Source of the DNA: Chlorokybus atmophyticus
Taxonomy: Eukaryota; Plantae; Mesostigma and Chlorokybus algae
Length of the DNA stretch: 64,000 bases
Direction: 5' to 3'
Assembly (NCBI GenBank): GCA_009103225.1
Contig: RHPI01002533.1
Coordinates: 1,555,186-1,619,185 of the forward strand
In this document: one piece after another, positions 30,408-42,890 of the stretch
Numbering within the stretch: the first letter of the stretch is position 1
Layout of the letters: every line of letters begins with the position of its first letter
Notes under the pieces: model-generated
What the model was told of the DNA's origin: nothing
Seen by the model: only the letters and a program-made list of their open reading frames with translations
Database searches by the model: none
Position numbers and translations under genes: made by a program

Positions 30408-31316
30408 CACGAGGCCTTAGGTGGAAGTACCGTGTATGGATAGTGATAGTGGTTAGCAAGCTTCGCAACACATGTTGCGAGCTGCATGCATGGCATTAGC
30501 TCAGAGCTTGCACGGCTATGCCGCTTGTTTGCGTTTTCGCCATGCATGCACGACTGCTGTACTGTGCAGCAGAATAGTTCCAAGGACATGGGACCAATGG
30601 CAGCGTGGCGTGCCGTGCAGTGCCTGTGCAGTGGGACAGCATTTGTGGATATGCCCATATAGTTTGTAAGCAATCCTAGAGGGCAGGCCCAAGCATTCTG
30701 TGTGCGACACACTCTAAGTTATGGGTGACGTGATGTTGCAAGCATCTTGTCAACCTAGTTTGGTTCCATGCTGAATGGTGGTGTTGTTGTGCCGTAATTA
30801 CTGAATGACACTTGAACAAATTTTATTTTGTGGCATGACATCTACGTATCTGTTTGACAGCAATGGGCATATGCCGAGTGTACGTGGATCGGCACTTTGA
30901 GGCGAATCACCCCGTAGAGCTGCCCTTGTGTTGGTGGTTGCTTGCTGCCTATAGGTGACTATCACCTGCATTGCTGCCGAGAGGCCCAGTGCACAATGAT
31001 GGTCACCGGCTTACCAATCTCGTGCCACTGTCGCTCATACCCATGGCTGAGCTCAACAAAACGCCCTGCCTTGCAACAATTCTTACCTGGTGAGTGTGCT
31101 AGTGTTGGTCAGATTGGATACACTTGCACTGATTGCTCGAGCGCCTTACACATGCATGCATCAGTGCTGTGTGCATGCATGCAGGTGCCCTTCACGGCTG
31201 GGAACTACATCTGTACAGAGTGTGGATGTCCTCCAATCAATTCCAATCGCGCTTCGTGAGATGCGCTGCTGGCAAGGGACAAGCAGGAAAGCAGACACAT
31301 AGGACACCGTGATACA

Positions 31317-33223
31317 TCACAAGAATGTACAGCGTGTACTGTAATCCCTCATGGTGGCTTGCAACCGACCAGGGAAATTTGTAACTACAGCATCTACACC
31401 AGCATCAAGCATTGACAGCATGTGCTGCATGCTGTTGGCCGTCCAACCATAAACCAGCTTCCCGCCCCTAAGAGCATAACACATGTTAGCACCTCTCACC
31501 TTGGACACTGTTCAATCGACTCTCCATGTACTGTTCGCACAAGCAGTTACCTGCGTGCAGCTGTGACCAATTCATGGTCAATCATGGCGAAGTGGACAGC
31601 AACAGCCTCAGGTGTCTGCATTCTCAAAAGCTGATGGAGACCCTCGCGCATAAGTGCTTCCGTCTCATTGATGACCACGTAACCCGCCTGTCGTGACAAT
31701 CAAAAACACAAGTCAAGCAACACTGACCACTAAGTTTTGAGATACTCTGCCATCAGCTGACAAGCACCAGCATGCTTGGGGCTGCCAACTTGACACCTTG
31801 AACAACCATGTCCGACTTGGCCCAAACCAGGCAGTTTGTACAGCCTGTGCGGCGGACCTGCCAGACCACGTATTTGGAAATTGTGGGTGACCACAACGTG
31901 GTCCTTTTGTAAGCAGCTGTGCGCCTTGTTTACCGTGTCAACGACTAGAGCAGCGAGCTCTGAATCGCTTCTTGCAGTGGTCGTCTTGACATCAACAATG
32001 ATTCGAGAGACCTGGTGCTTCAAATACTGCGAGAATGACGAGTGATAAGTGCGAAATGCAGGGTGATGTACGGAGACCAAACAAGTGTGACATACCAGCA
32101 GCGCCTCTTCCAGGAGCATGGGCTTCTGACCAGCATGCTCGTGCCCATACCCAGTACCAGCATCCATATCCCGCAACTGATCTTCACACGCAACAAGCAG
32201 ACAGTCAGCAAAACAGCTTGCACTGCTTTTTGGACCGCATGACATGCTGCTTGGCGTACAAGCGTAATGGAATGACGAGGAAGCGACCCTGGCCATAATG
32301 CAGGTAGAAGTTGTCCAATGCTTTGCGACCAGCAGTTCAGTGTTGGACAGTGTCAATGCATACTCACCTCGTGCAACAGCATGTTGCTAACGTGATGTGC
32401 GCGAGAATGCGACATGCGCTGCAAGTCTCTGCGAAAGAGGCAATGTGAGGAATCTCAAGGCCATATACAACGAACAACTAGGTCTATGTCAGTGCACGAA
32501 GTGCGTCAGCCATGGCAGTTGCACACTAACCTGTCGTGCATGGCTACGAGAGCACCATCTGCTGTCACAGAAGCATCCACTTCTACGCACTCAACTTGAG
32601 ATGCCGCCGCTAGCTTGAATGCATTGACCTGGAGACCCATGCACGACGAAAACATTGTAACCACATGAGAACACCTCACTGTGCAGTTATCATCGTAGTG
32701 ACCCTTTCACACTACCGTATTGGGCGGTGCATTGCCAGAGTCTCCACCGTGCGCACACACCATGGGAAACACAGAGCTTGCGGCTCGCTGGCAAAAGACT
32801 GGCGATGGCACACGACTCTCCTGAAAAAATAACATAATATAATGCTACTTGCATGCTTGCTATCCCCATGCGCAACACGTTTTACGCACACATACAAGCA
32901 CAAGTTCTTCTGCACTTGCAATGCATCCTGTCTAGCTGGTCGTGCATTTGCCCACACATGTCCAGGACATGTGTGAGTCAACGCAGAAGTAGCTGTGCAC
33001 AATAAATGTCTGTAAGCACAGCACATGCCTGGTGGTCTTCCTGAAGATCGCTTATTTGTTCCGGCAAGAACCAGTAACCGAGCAGCAGCGTGACGGCAAG
33101 CAACCCCACAGCCCAGGCGGCAAACCCCGCGAACGTCCTAGGCGCCCACGCCGCCCAGCCCCGCGGCGCCCTCGCTGCACGCCGTCTGCTACTGAACGAG
33201 GTGGTCATTCCGTTCACCCGCAT
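31317..33223 (-). CDS. Glycerophosphodiester phosphodiesterase, GDPD4-like, N-terminal TM anchor
   Basis: Spliced motifs VCAHGGDSGNAPPNT|VNAF, VECVEVDAS..DGALVAMHDR|DLQR, IIVDVK, CTNCLVWAKSD, VYGWT and VDAVVTN. Start could be 33223 or 33208. Confidence 0.85.
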
Positions 33224-33733
33224 CGTACCGACCAGCCCTCCGCCTCGCCACCCGCCCAGGCGGCGGCGGCGGCAGCATAATCTGATGCCACGTGGCACTA
33301 GTGGTCGTTGGGTAGGGTTTTCAGTCGCACAAAGCGCACAAGAGCACAAGAAAGTGACGCCACGAGCACGTGTTAAGCACGGGATCTTGAGCTCGTAACG
33401 CGAGCCACGTCAACGTTGCCAGCTTGATCTCGCCAGCTGGCAAACTCATTTCCCCACAAAAGGGAACAATCACCAATCCCGGTTCAGGTTCCTGGTTGAC
33501 ACCCGACCATGAACCGCGATCACCCTGACTGAATGCATGCCTACAGTCGTACTGGCTCAGCCCAGTCTGGCTGGCAACTGCAGGGACTGAACTGCGTTAG
33601 TGTTTGACGTCGGTTTGTTACAGAGTGCAGTTACAGTGCCGCAAAATTTACTGGGTTCGCAAAGTTGACTGTAAGTTGTGCTTAGCGGCCGTAGCGGCGG
33701 TGGTATTCGTGGCGGTGACATTGTCCATCCAGC

Positions 33734-35347
33734 ATGGCGGCGGTGACGATGTCTGCTCTGGGGCTGGCGAGGTCTGTGACGTGCCCGCTGGGTCGCCAGG
33801 GATTTGCCGGGAAGGCGCCGGCGAGGAGGAGGAGAACGCCCAGGGCGGCGGCGCAGCTGCGCACAGAGGCGGCGAAGGTGCAGACGGCTGCGAGCGTCTC
33901 AGACAGGAGTACCCCAGCTGAGACTCTGCAGCAATTCACAGCTTCTGCGCTTGCTTCTGGCACGCTGCTTGCGCCCTGGCTGCTTGACGCTCAGGTTCGT
34001 TAGGTTCGCCGGCGTGACTCTGCTAGGCCTACAGATAGCATTACACGTTGTCTGTGTTGTAACTTAGAACACAGGTTTTTACGCCATTACCACCTATTGG
34101 CACTGATCCGCTATGCTTCTTTGCTTCTTGTAGACAGTTCCAGCAAACTGACTGTTTGCACAGCTGGTTAACAACTGCATGGCAACGGCGTTTCCTGCTG
34201 GCTTGAAGTATTGCAGGACACGTATCACGGAGGTGTTATCTGTATGCATGTGTCAATGTGCGGGGATAGTAGATTGTTAGAGTTCAACCCGTGTTGTACC
34301 GCCGCTTTCTGTGACTGACCACTCATTGTCTTGCATCAATACTGCGCCTGGTGTCACGTACCGGTTTAGTTGATTCGTTCCATGAAAAGGCCATGCTCAC
34401 CTTACAACTAAGTGGCAGTGGCTGCATTTAGTCGAGTGCGTCACTGTTAGATATGACGTACTTGCTCATTTTCTGCCTGTAAACTCAAGTAACTGTTGTT
34501 GGCCGGCAGGCTGCATTGGCAAAGGATGGCGAGTTGGGCATACTTGAAGGGAAGAGTGTTGCGCTACTTCATCCGCTTTTCATGGGCACCCTGTTTGCGT
34601 TGAGTCTACAGGCCGCATACCTTGGATGGCAATGGCGGCGGGTTCGCACCATCGGCACCGACATCAGCTCATTGAAGGCGCAACTCCCAGCCAAGAGTCA
34701 GAAGGAGGGCGAGGAGAGCAAGCCTCACCCACTTGAGGCGGAAATCACAAAGCTTACTGAGGTTGGCAGACGGAGCTTTGATTTGTCCATGTGTTATAGT
34801 GCTTGTTGCACCAACTAAGACAAGCTTTTATGGATGTGGTAGGAGCGCAAGGCTCTCACAAAGGGAAACTTCCGTGAGCGGCATTATAATGTTGGTTCTA
34901 TCCTGCTTGGATCTGGTGTCCTCCTTGGCATAGAGGGTGCTGCAAACACATACGCACGCACTGGGAAGCTCTTCCCCGGGCCACATCTGTATGCTGGTGC
35001 AGGTATGTCTAAAATCAGAGGTGCATTACTGGTTGCCACAGTCGACTGTGTATTTAGTACTGGATAAAGTATCCATCTCACATGCCCCCAGTGTTGGTGC
35101 TACCTTAATGCCTTGCGCTTGCAACTGTGTGAATGTGGATATGGGACCAACAATGCGCGGTGGTGCAGGCATTGTTGTGTTGTGGGCTATGGCGGCAGCA
35201 CTTGTCCCTGCCATGAGCAAGGGCAATGACAACGCAAGGAATGCACACATTGCCCTCAACGTCCTCAACATTGGGCTGTTCACCTGGCAAATCCCCACCG
35301 GGTTTGAGATTGTACAGAAGGTGTTCCAGTTCGCACCATGGCCTTGA
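33734..35347 (+). CDS. Plastid-targeted DUF4079-family membrane protein, 4 exons
   Basis: Exons 33734-33994, 34510-34761, 34843-35002 and 35169-35347. Motifs GILEGKSVALLHP, LGWQWRRVRT, GKLFPGPHLYAG, ARNAHIALN and WQIPTG. Confidence 0.85.
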
Positions 35348-36793
35348 ACAAAAGCCCACACTTAGTTTCAGCGCAGCAAGGGTTGCTGCGCGATAAGTGT
35401 AACAAAAAACATTTTAGTGCATTCATTGGTTGTAAGTACATGGCCTTCGTCATGAGCTGGTAGCTTAAACCTTGAAAGTCGGCTGGTTGTTATGACAACC
35501 GCAAGGCGTGTTGCCTGTTGGACAATCACATAATCCGCTGCTGGTGATACGCTGCAATTGGTGATGCATAGTATTGTGTGAACATCTGGGGCAACTTGCC
35601 ACCGGCCGCGATTACAAGGTAGGTTGTAATATGCTGAACATAATGGAGTTCCATTGTGCCCGTTATGCCGAGAACCGCAACATGCACACGCGTATCACTG
35701 CTGCTTGTGCACGTGTGCTGGTTGGCTTGCTTGGGCACGCTTGTTTGTTTGCTTGCATGCGTGCTATGCATTTCCCTACTTGCTGTGCTTGCTCGCCTGC
35801 TTACTGGCCTAGCACTAATTCTTGCTGCGTGCCTGCTGGCATCCCCTACTACGAACACCTGCGTGCCCATGCTGTGTTTGCTTGCTGGGTGTTGTTAGTT
35901 GCCAGTGGGTTTGTGTTGTGCGGTGTTGGGTTGGGTCACTATCAGTTGTGCTTATGCATCTTTTGTGCTCACACACCACGCAATCGACTGCGCAACTGCA
36001 TCGTGGGTCAGAGGCAACATCCTCAACCAGGGTTACGGCGACCACATCACATGGACTCGTTTAAATGACTCGTGCATGCATGCATGCGTGCGTGCATGTA
36101 TACGAGATGCTCTGGTATACATGATTACCCCGACTTGGCATATGCCCATACACACTCAGTCGCTGTGTACGAGGTGCTGTATCATAATTGCTCCAGATGT
36201 GTGTGCGAGAATACATTTTTCCTCTACTTTGCACATACAACCTGCCGTTACTCTTGGAATGCAGTAGCTCATCCGCGATGAAACGCAAGCAGCATGCACT
36301 TACACAATCTGGTGGCACAGCGCGTGGGGCATGTGCTTCAATGTTGACATTGTCCAGAGTTTATCGATGTAGGTTTGATAGCGCTGGCATAAGCATGAAA
36401 TGGCTGCAAACGGTCACAGTAAGGGACAAATATCACAGATCCAGATAATTGAGCGTTTACGCATAACCCTACATTTGGCAGGCAGTGCATAAACCAATGA
36501 CACAAGACCGTACCAGAGTGAGCAATATGCAGAGTATAAACCCACATTACAGGCACAACACAAATGTGTCAACATTACGGTGCAGCGGCATGGCCAGCTG
36601 AGCCTAGCTACCCAAGCTCTGTGCCATGCCACTTGCCAGCAGCTTGAGCTACCAAAAATGAAAGTACAATCATAATGAATCGCTACATTACAGCAGAGCT
36701 ACTCCTATACAACCCGTGGTGCAATTGCACCGCACTTTTGCAGTTACAAATTACATCTTGTAGTGGTACACTACACCGGCCGGTGTGCATCGC

Positions 36794-39372
36794 CTATTGC
36801 ACGCAGCGCGGTGAATCTCCCTCTTTTTCGCCATTGATGAGCCGCTTCACGCGCGCATACACTGCGTCGGCGACCTTAGCACCGATGACCCTGCCTTGAA
36901 TGTCACTAACGTGGATGTGAATGCCACCCATGAGACGGGACTCGCCGGCCTGGTCAGCCATCTCCCTGAAAGAAGTCCATTGCAGCGTGACCGCCTTTTT
37001 GGGCGAGTAGTTGTTGGTCGAGTTGTAGCGTGGGTTTGTGGAACACGCTGTGGGAATGCAAGGCAGACCGTATGCATTGAAGCCGTCTTTGCAAAGGGAT
37101 TCCCAGGGAATCCCACCAGCTGGCATTGTGTATCCGAAACTGCCCTTAAGGTTTGCTGGGTTGGATGGGATTGTGGACAGACCAGTGAACAGCTCGAGTG
37201 CATCAGCCGCAGCTCTGCTGAAAGTGGAGTGGCCAGAGACGTACTCTGGGAATGGTGGTGTGATGACCTTAGGAGACTGGTATGGTTGCCAGCTCGTGGT
37301 GCTGATGTCGCCAAAGGGGCAGTAGGGACCGCGATACTGGTGCTTGAGTCGTGTGGACGTCCCATTGACAATGCCGGAAAGCACCATTGGAATGTAGGTG
37401 CAAGGACGCACGGTCTCATAAAACCGCTTGGTGTCCCAGGCAGCCAGACCAGCATCGTAGAGGGAGTTTGCCACCAGGAAGAGCATCTGCACGGACTCAT
37501 CCAAGCTCTGGCACAGGCGTCGGCTCGTCTCACCAGCCAATCTCTGCATTGCAGTTTGCACTTTAACAACAACGCCCAGCCAGAAAACTACAACTGTACA
37601 GGACTCCGCGAATGAATGGTCAAACATAGTGAGGCACTTACCATCCAGTGGCCAGGGGGAGTAGGTGTTCCAGCACCGTCAAGCCAGTAAACAGAAATAA
37701 CCTTCAACAGGTCTCCATTGTCTGGGAGAGAGCTCTGAATGACAGTCAGCTGTGCAAACTGTAGGGCCAACTCATCAGCTGTGGGCGGCACTGGTGCACG
37801 GAAGGCTGATGCAGTGGGCATCGCAAAAGGTTGCGCAGTGGCGGCTTGCGGCATGGTGAACTGCTGGGGCTTATCAACACGACCAGGGAACATGATGGGT
37901 TGCCATTGGAGCACAGACCTTGTGGCCGCGGCATCGGCAGTAAGCATGGAGTCGTTGCCAAGCACGCACACATTGTTCACAGGCATGAACCATGTGTTGT
38001 CCTTGTAACAGCCCTCCTGGTTGAAGCCGTCAACAAGCATCTGATCGTGCAACAATTTTGTGACCTCCGTAATAGCACCATACACAGCATCCCCTTCATG
38101 ACTAGCAGTCACATTGATGTGGAACATTTCCCGGATGCTACGAGCCACACCGCGAACCTGTTACGCATAGATTGCGTGTGTTAGCCACCAACTCTGCAAC
38201 TATCACTGTTCACATGTCTTGCTGCTCGTGCTTCCAGTTTGCATGCACGTCGAGGTCAATGCAAACACATGCATGCGTACCTCAACAGCCTGTGGCAGCA
38301 AAAACTGCATGGTTTGGTATGCAGCGAGTGCAATGGCGTAAGTCTTGATGTCCTTGGTTCCTTCAGCTATGGGAGTCTCAAGGAGTCCAGGTAGCTCAAC
38401 TGTTGGGTTTGCTCGGCCGTTGAATAGTGTCCAGGCATTGTACATGGCAGTAGCAACCGCCCTATAAGCGCGTGCAGCGCTGATAGGAGAGTACATGCCG
38501 GGGCCGAGCCCAGCCAAAACACACGGCTGCGTGACATTCAAGGACTCTGCAGCAACCAAGTCGAGTGCCTGCGTGGTGACAATGTATAAGCACGAGTGCA
38601 CATATCCAATCACTATCGCCACTCAAGACTGTCAATGACCAGTTAATCTTCAAACCATGCTGTCACTTGGTGCTTGCAGTATGCTTTGTTGGGTATGCAG
38701 TGGCAACGTCACACTACACATCACGACCTACCAGTCGCAGGAGAATATCTGGCGCTGTGCGTGCACCATTCTCACACCCTGTTTCAAAGCACTTTCCCCT
38801 CACATTGTTGCCCCATCTACCTTCAGCCCAGCAAGCGCGCGACACCTGCAAGTTGAGCGACGGGTGAGTTGATTGAAACAACTTGTGCGACTGTTTTGCA
38901 CATTGTCGCAACTCATACGAGCATGGGAGTCATCCATACTTTCACAGAACCTGCTGACAAGCTGTGGCTGAAGGAGCATATGCTGCTTGCGCTACGTACT
39001 CGTACTGTGCATTGTGCTTGCAATGCACGGTGGCGACATTGTGCTCGTTATCCTACCACTGGTCAATGACCAAATCTTACGTGGTCTCATGCTTATGGTG
39101 CAATATGCTGTCAATTCAAGCACACATAGGCAGACCGTTAAGCCTTGCTGACTGACCACAGCACACCCTGCTGCCCCAATGCACCAGCTCACCTGTGCGG
39201 TCGAGTTGTGCGGACACTGCACTCGGACGCGCAGTTTTCCCTTCTGTGGTGCAAGTGTGGCTGGCCACTTGACGCCGTGGTACTCCTCCGGCGGACATGT
39301 TCTTTGAGCGCAGCTGTGAGCCGCTTGGAACGCTAGTGAAGCCAGCACCAAAGCTGCCGTCAAGCGCAACAT
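36794..39372 (-). CDS. Secreted vanadium-dependent haloperoxidase (PAP2/VHPO superfamily) with Cys-rich N-terminal module
   Basis: Exons 39372-39193, 38845-38732, 38568-38281, 38158-37642 and 37543-36794 are in phase. Signal-like MLRLTAALVLASLAFQAAHS. The three vanadate-binding motifs are WDTKRFYETVRP, FPEYVSGHS and ESRLMGGIH. PPGHW is also present. The 5' end may extend to ~39950. Confidence 0.88.
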
Positions 39373-40255
39373 CCTGCAGCACAAGAAACACATACTGAAA
39401 TATGCAACGGCGGTAAACCAACAGCACAACAAACAAGCAGGCGAGTAAGCCGCCTCAGCAGTTCTCCACCGCTGAACGTGCTTGTCGCAATGCCCTGGTA
39501 TGCAAACAGCGATGCAAGCTTGACTGGCTAGCTTGTGCTGCCCGTGCGCTCTATCAACCTCACAAACACGTCTGCTCAAAAGCCTTAACAGTATGACCAG
39601 CTGGCTATTCCTACAGAGACCACACAGAGCAGCATACAACAGCTGCGCTCACTACACAGAGCTCTGCCATTCTGCAGTACAGCAGTGCATGAAGACCACC
39701 ATGCCGCGATCGCCTTACGACACAAGATGCACAGCCTCACCTGCTCAAGCGCAAGCCTCTCCGCGCTCCTGCGACTGTGGTGGTCGTGCTCGTAGTCGGC
39801 GGCGGCGTCGGTGTGCCTGCCGTCGGTGTGCTTGCCGCCGCCTTTATCAAGAATGGCGGTAACAACTGACTGGCGAGTCACCAGTGCAATGCTGCAGTGG
39901 TGAAAAGCAGCAACTACCGAGACTCCAATGATCACTCTATTTCCAGAATCCAACCGTTTGTCTTTGGTGGTTTTTTCGCGTCATCGTACGGGCATCAGTT
40001 GGCGGGGGTTGCTCCGGCCGGTAAATCAACCGATCCTGGGTGTGGGGTCGATTGGTTAAACATGTCACAACTGATGACGTGACACCTTTATCGGAAAAGA
40101 TTTCACGGCCTAGCGAAAACCTTGTATGCGGCAAGTCGAGGTTTCGCTTGCGGTCGACACGTGGCGGCAGAGCACGTCGGCACTGACGGCAGTGCTGTCA
40201 CGGCGTACTGTCGGCGGGCAGTCTGCGGCACACTGTCTGCCACCCGCTACGCACC

Positions 40256-40473
40256 GTACAAAAGCCACGTTGCCAGTGCTGCTTTCCATGCTGGCAATGT
40301 GTGCTGAGGACAGTTGCCGTTTAGACTAATTCAAATGGTTGGAACATAGGCTGCATGCTGCAGTGCGTCGTACGAAAGTCACGTAGCCAAATGCTGCCTT
40401 TCCCTGCTGGCAATGTGCGGGGGACAGTTGCCATTTAACTAGATAGATGGTTGGAACGTGCTGCATACTGCAG
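40256..40473. repeat. Two diverged tandem copies, period ~114 bp
   Basis: gtacaaaagccacgttgcc...gacagttgcc...atggttggaac...ctgcag at 40256-40363, repeated at 40370-40473. Confidence 0.8.
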
Positions 40474-40515
40474 AACATGACAATGCGAGCGCTGTCAGGT
40501 TCTTTGCGCAACTGG

Positions 40516-42053
40516 ACTTGCAACCAGACGATAGCTAATGTTAACAACAAGCTTATTCAGCTTGCTCGACTAGATTAAATTATGGCAGTGAGGCTCAGCC
40601 GTGAATGAGAATTCTCATCAAGGCTGTGCGTATTGGCATAGCCTTACAGAACAGTGCGAAATGCACATCCGACGACTAAGAGTGCGCACAAGACCACGTG
40701 AGCAATAGACACCTAGTTGCATGATACTATCCAACATGCGTTGAAAATACTAGTATTTATCGTATTTATCTCACAAATAAAAATACCATTATAATACCAT
40801 CTAAAATATATTGCTTGGAAAGATTCAGTGCTTACACGATGCAATGACTGAATTCCACTTACGTATTGCGTATGTACACACTAACATGAACATCCGCTGC
40901 ACGCGGCGACTGTGGTGAGTTGTTTGGGCTTAAGAATAGTTGCATATACACGGTTGGGCGTCATTATTGATAGCCCATTTTTCAATGCATGGTCACATAG
41001 TGTATCGTATGCGAGTCGTATTTCATATCACATACGTAAAAATTCCTTTAAAACTTATCGTATTGATGTCGTGTCGTATTCGTATCCGTACTTTGTATCG
41101 TGCATGTCATGATTTGGGATACATTGTGACAAACCTCACTCCTGGTAGTGTCTTTTCTTACAATAGCCTAGTGGTCGGGCCCCAATTGTTACGATGGTAT
41201 TAAAGCTTGGCGTCTCAGGTGCAATTTCCGGGGACTGAGGCAGATCCAAGGCAAAGACAAAAACATTTGGGGCAGCTTGCCCTAGGCGCGGGATCACGAC
41301 CTGTGCGCCGAGCCAATTGAACCAAAGGCCGCGTGAGTAGGTGCGATGCGATGGCAAGTCGCGTGGTGAGGACGGCCATTCGATCGGTTTGGGCTGTTCG
41401 TGGGCCGGATCCAACAGGCCGCGGGCAGACCAATCATGGTACGGTCGCGAACATGGCGACATGGGCTAGTGCCTTATTGGATTATGAGGAACTCATGGGT
41501 TAAATTGGGGAGGAAGGCTCATGGTAGCGTGTTTTGCTACCATAGCGTAGTGGTCGGAGCGTCCTTGTTACAGTGCAACTCTGCTGCACCACAAGAATTT
41601 TGCTAAAAATGGTGGCGGCGGCGGTCGCGCCGATGGGTAGGTTGGGTGCGCACTTGAGCAAGCACGGTGTTGATGACGCCCACAGCGCCAACGAGAACAA
41701 GGAACAGCTGCTGCGGCTTCAACCATAGTAGTTGTTTACTTGCCACGCTTGGCAAGGCTGCCAGCTGCTCGGCTTTTGTGCACCGCTCGTTAGGCCGGCA
41801 TCGCTGGCTACGGCGGCATCATGCCAGAGGGCACCAAGATGCGATTGCGCACAACAGGTGCGCACAAGCATACTGTTTCTTGCGCGTCCTCAGAGCCTAT
41901 AAGCTAGCGAGTACTACTGCGTCACATCTGAACTTGCAACCAGATGATAGTTAATGTTAACAACAAGCTTATCCGGCTTGACACGCTTGCTTGAGTAGAT
42001 TAAATTTTGGCAGTGAGGCTCAGCCGTGGATGAGAGTCCTCATCAAGGCTGTG
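40516..42053. repeat. Dispersed direct repeat ~115-120 bp (40516-40628 and 41932-42053)
   Basis: acttgcaaccaga..gatag.taatgttaacaacaagcttat...tagattaaatt.tggcagtgaggctcagccgtg.atgaga.t.ctcatcaaggctgtg occurs twice, ~1.4 kb apart. Confidence 0.85.
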
Positions 42054-42718
42054 TGTTCCAGCAAATCCGATTTTGACATCGCACTCGACGCCAAAATTTC
42101 ACCACTCGCATGCTTACAATACAAATAGCTCAAGCCGTTGACGCTTATCGCCGCACGCTGCGAGTGGCAGCACTGGGTCACAACTCGGAGGAGAGGCCCC
42201 GAGTGGGGACCCAATATAGTCGGGGACAGCTGTTAGCAGCTGTAGCCGCAACACAGACGATTAGCAGGCATGCTACTACTGGTGAGCACCAACGTGCCAA
42301 CACTATAGCATGGAGGCAGAGCTGAATTTGTGCGAGGACACGGGGGAAGTGTACTGGATGTGGGGCCACATTTTGTACGCGCATACCTGCATGGGCACTA
42401 GTTGCCTACGCACGGAGCACGAGCTCGGTGTAACAACAGCACTGGTGGCTCACGTGTAGCAGCTGGCTTATTACGCAATGTTGTCAACCACCTGGCGAAT
42501 GGCTACGCCACACTAGGCCGAGAACATTCCTGAGATCTTGTACAACTTGTTGGCTATCCTTGCAGAGCATAGAAAATACCAGAATAGGCGTGTCGCACGC
42601 GCTGGGGGGACATCTCAAGAACGGAAATGGCGTTCGTGAAGTGCGCTAATTTGTGCGTTCTCGCAACAACTGCTGCCACCATGTTGTCAAACCTTTGCCA
42701 TCTCCGCGGGCAAGCTGC

Positions 42719-42890
42719 TGTCAATACTTTGCCGACTACTCGATGTGATTGGTATAAATTGCCACGTTACAACGCACATGTTGCATTCACTATGTTGTCA
42801 ATACTTGCCAACTACTCTATGTTATTGGCATGAGTTACCACGTTACAACGCACATGGTGCATTCTCTCTGTTGTAAAATCTGTGCCGACA
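42719..42890. repeat. Tandem repeat, ~77-bp unit, ~2.2 copies
   Basis: tgtcaatact(t)tgcc.actactc.atgt.attgg...ccacgttacaacgcacatg.tgcattc starts at 42719 and 42796. Confidence 0.8.

Noticed and set aside
31090-31183. Plus-strand GT-AG intron-like segment downstream of QCR9, overlapping the GDPD 3' flank
   Set aside because: Flanking frames give no recognisable protein. It cannot be supported without transcript data.
35690-35960. GCTT-rich low-complexity tract resembling the LTR-element leader
   Set aside because: Similarity is compositional only. No alignable LTR, PBS or coding remnant.
40256-42890. Possible CRISPR-like arrays in the repeated segments (also 58975-59790)
   Set aside because: Only 2-5 diverged units with no constant repeat plus unique spacer structure, no cas genes, and a eukaryotic context.
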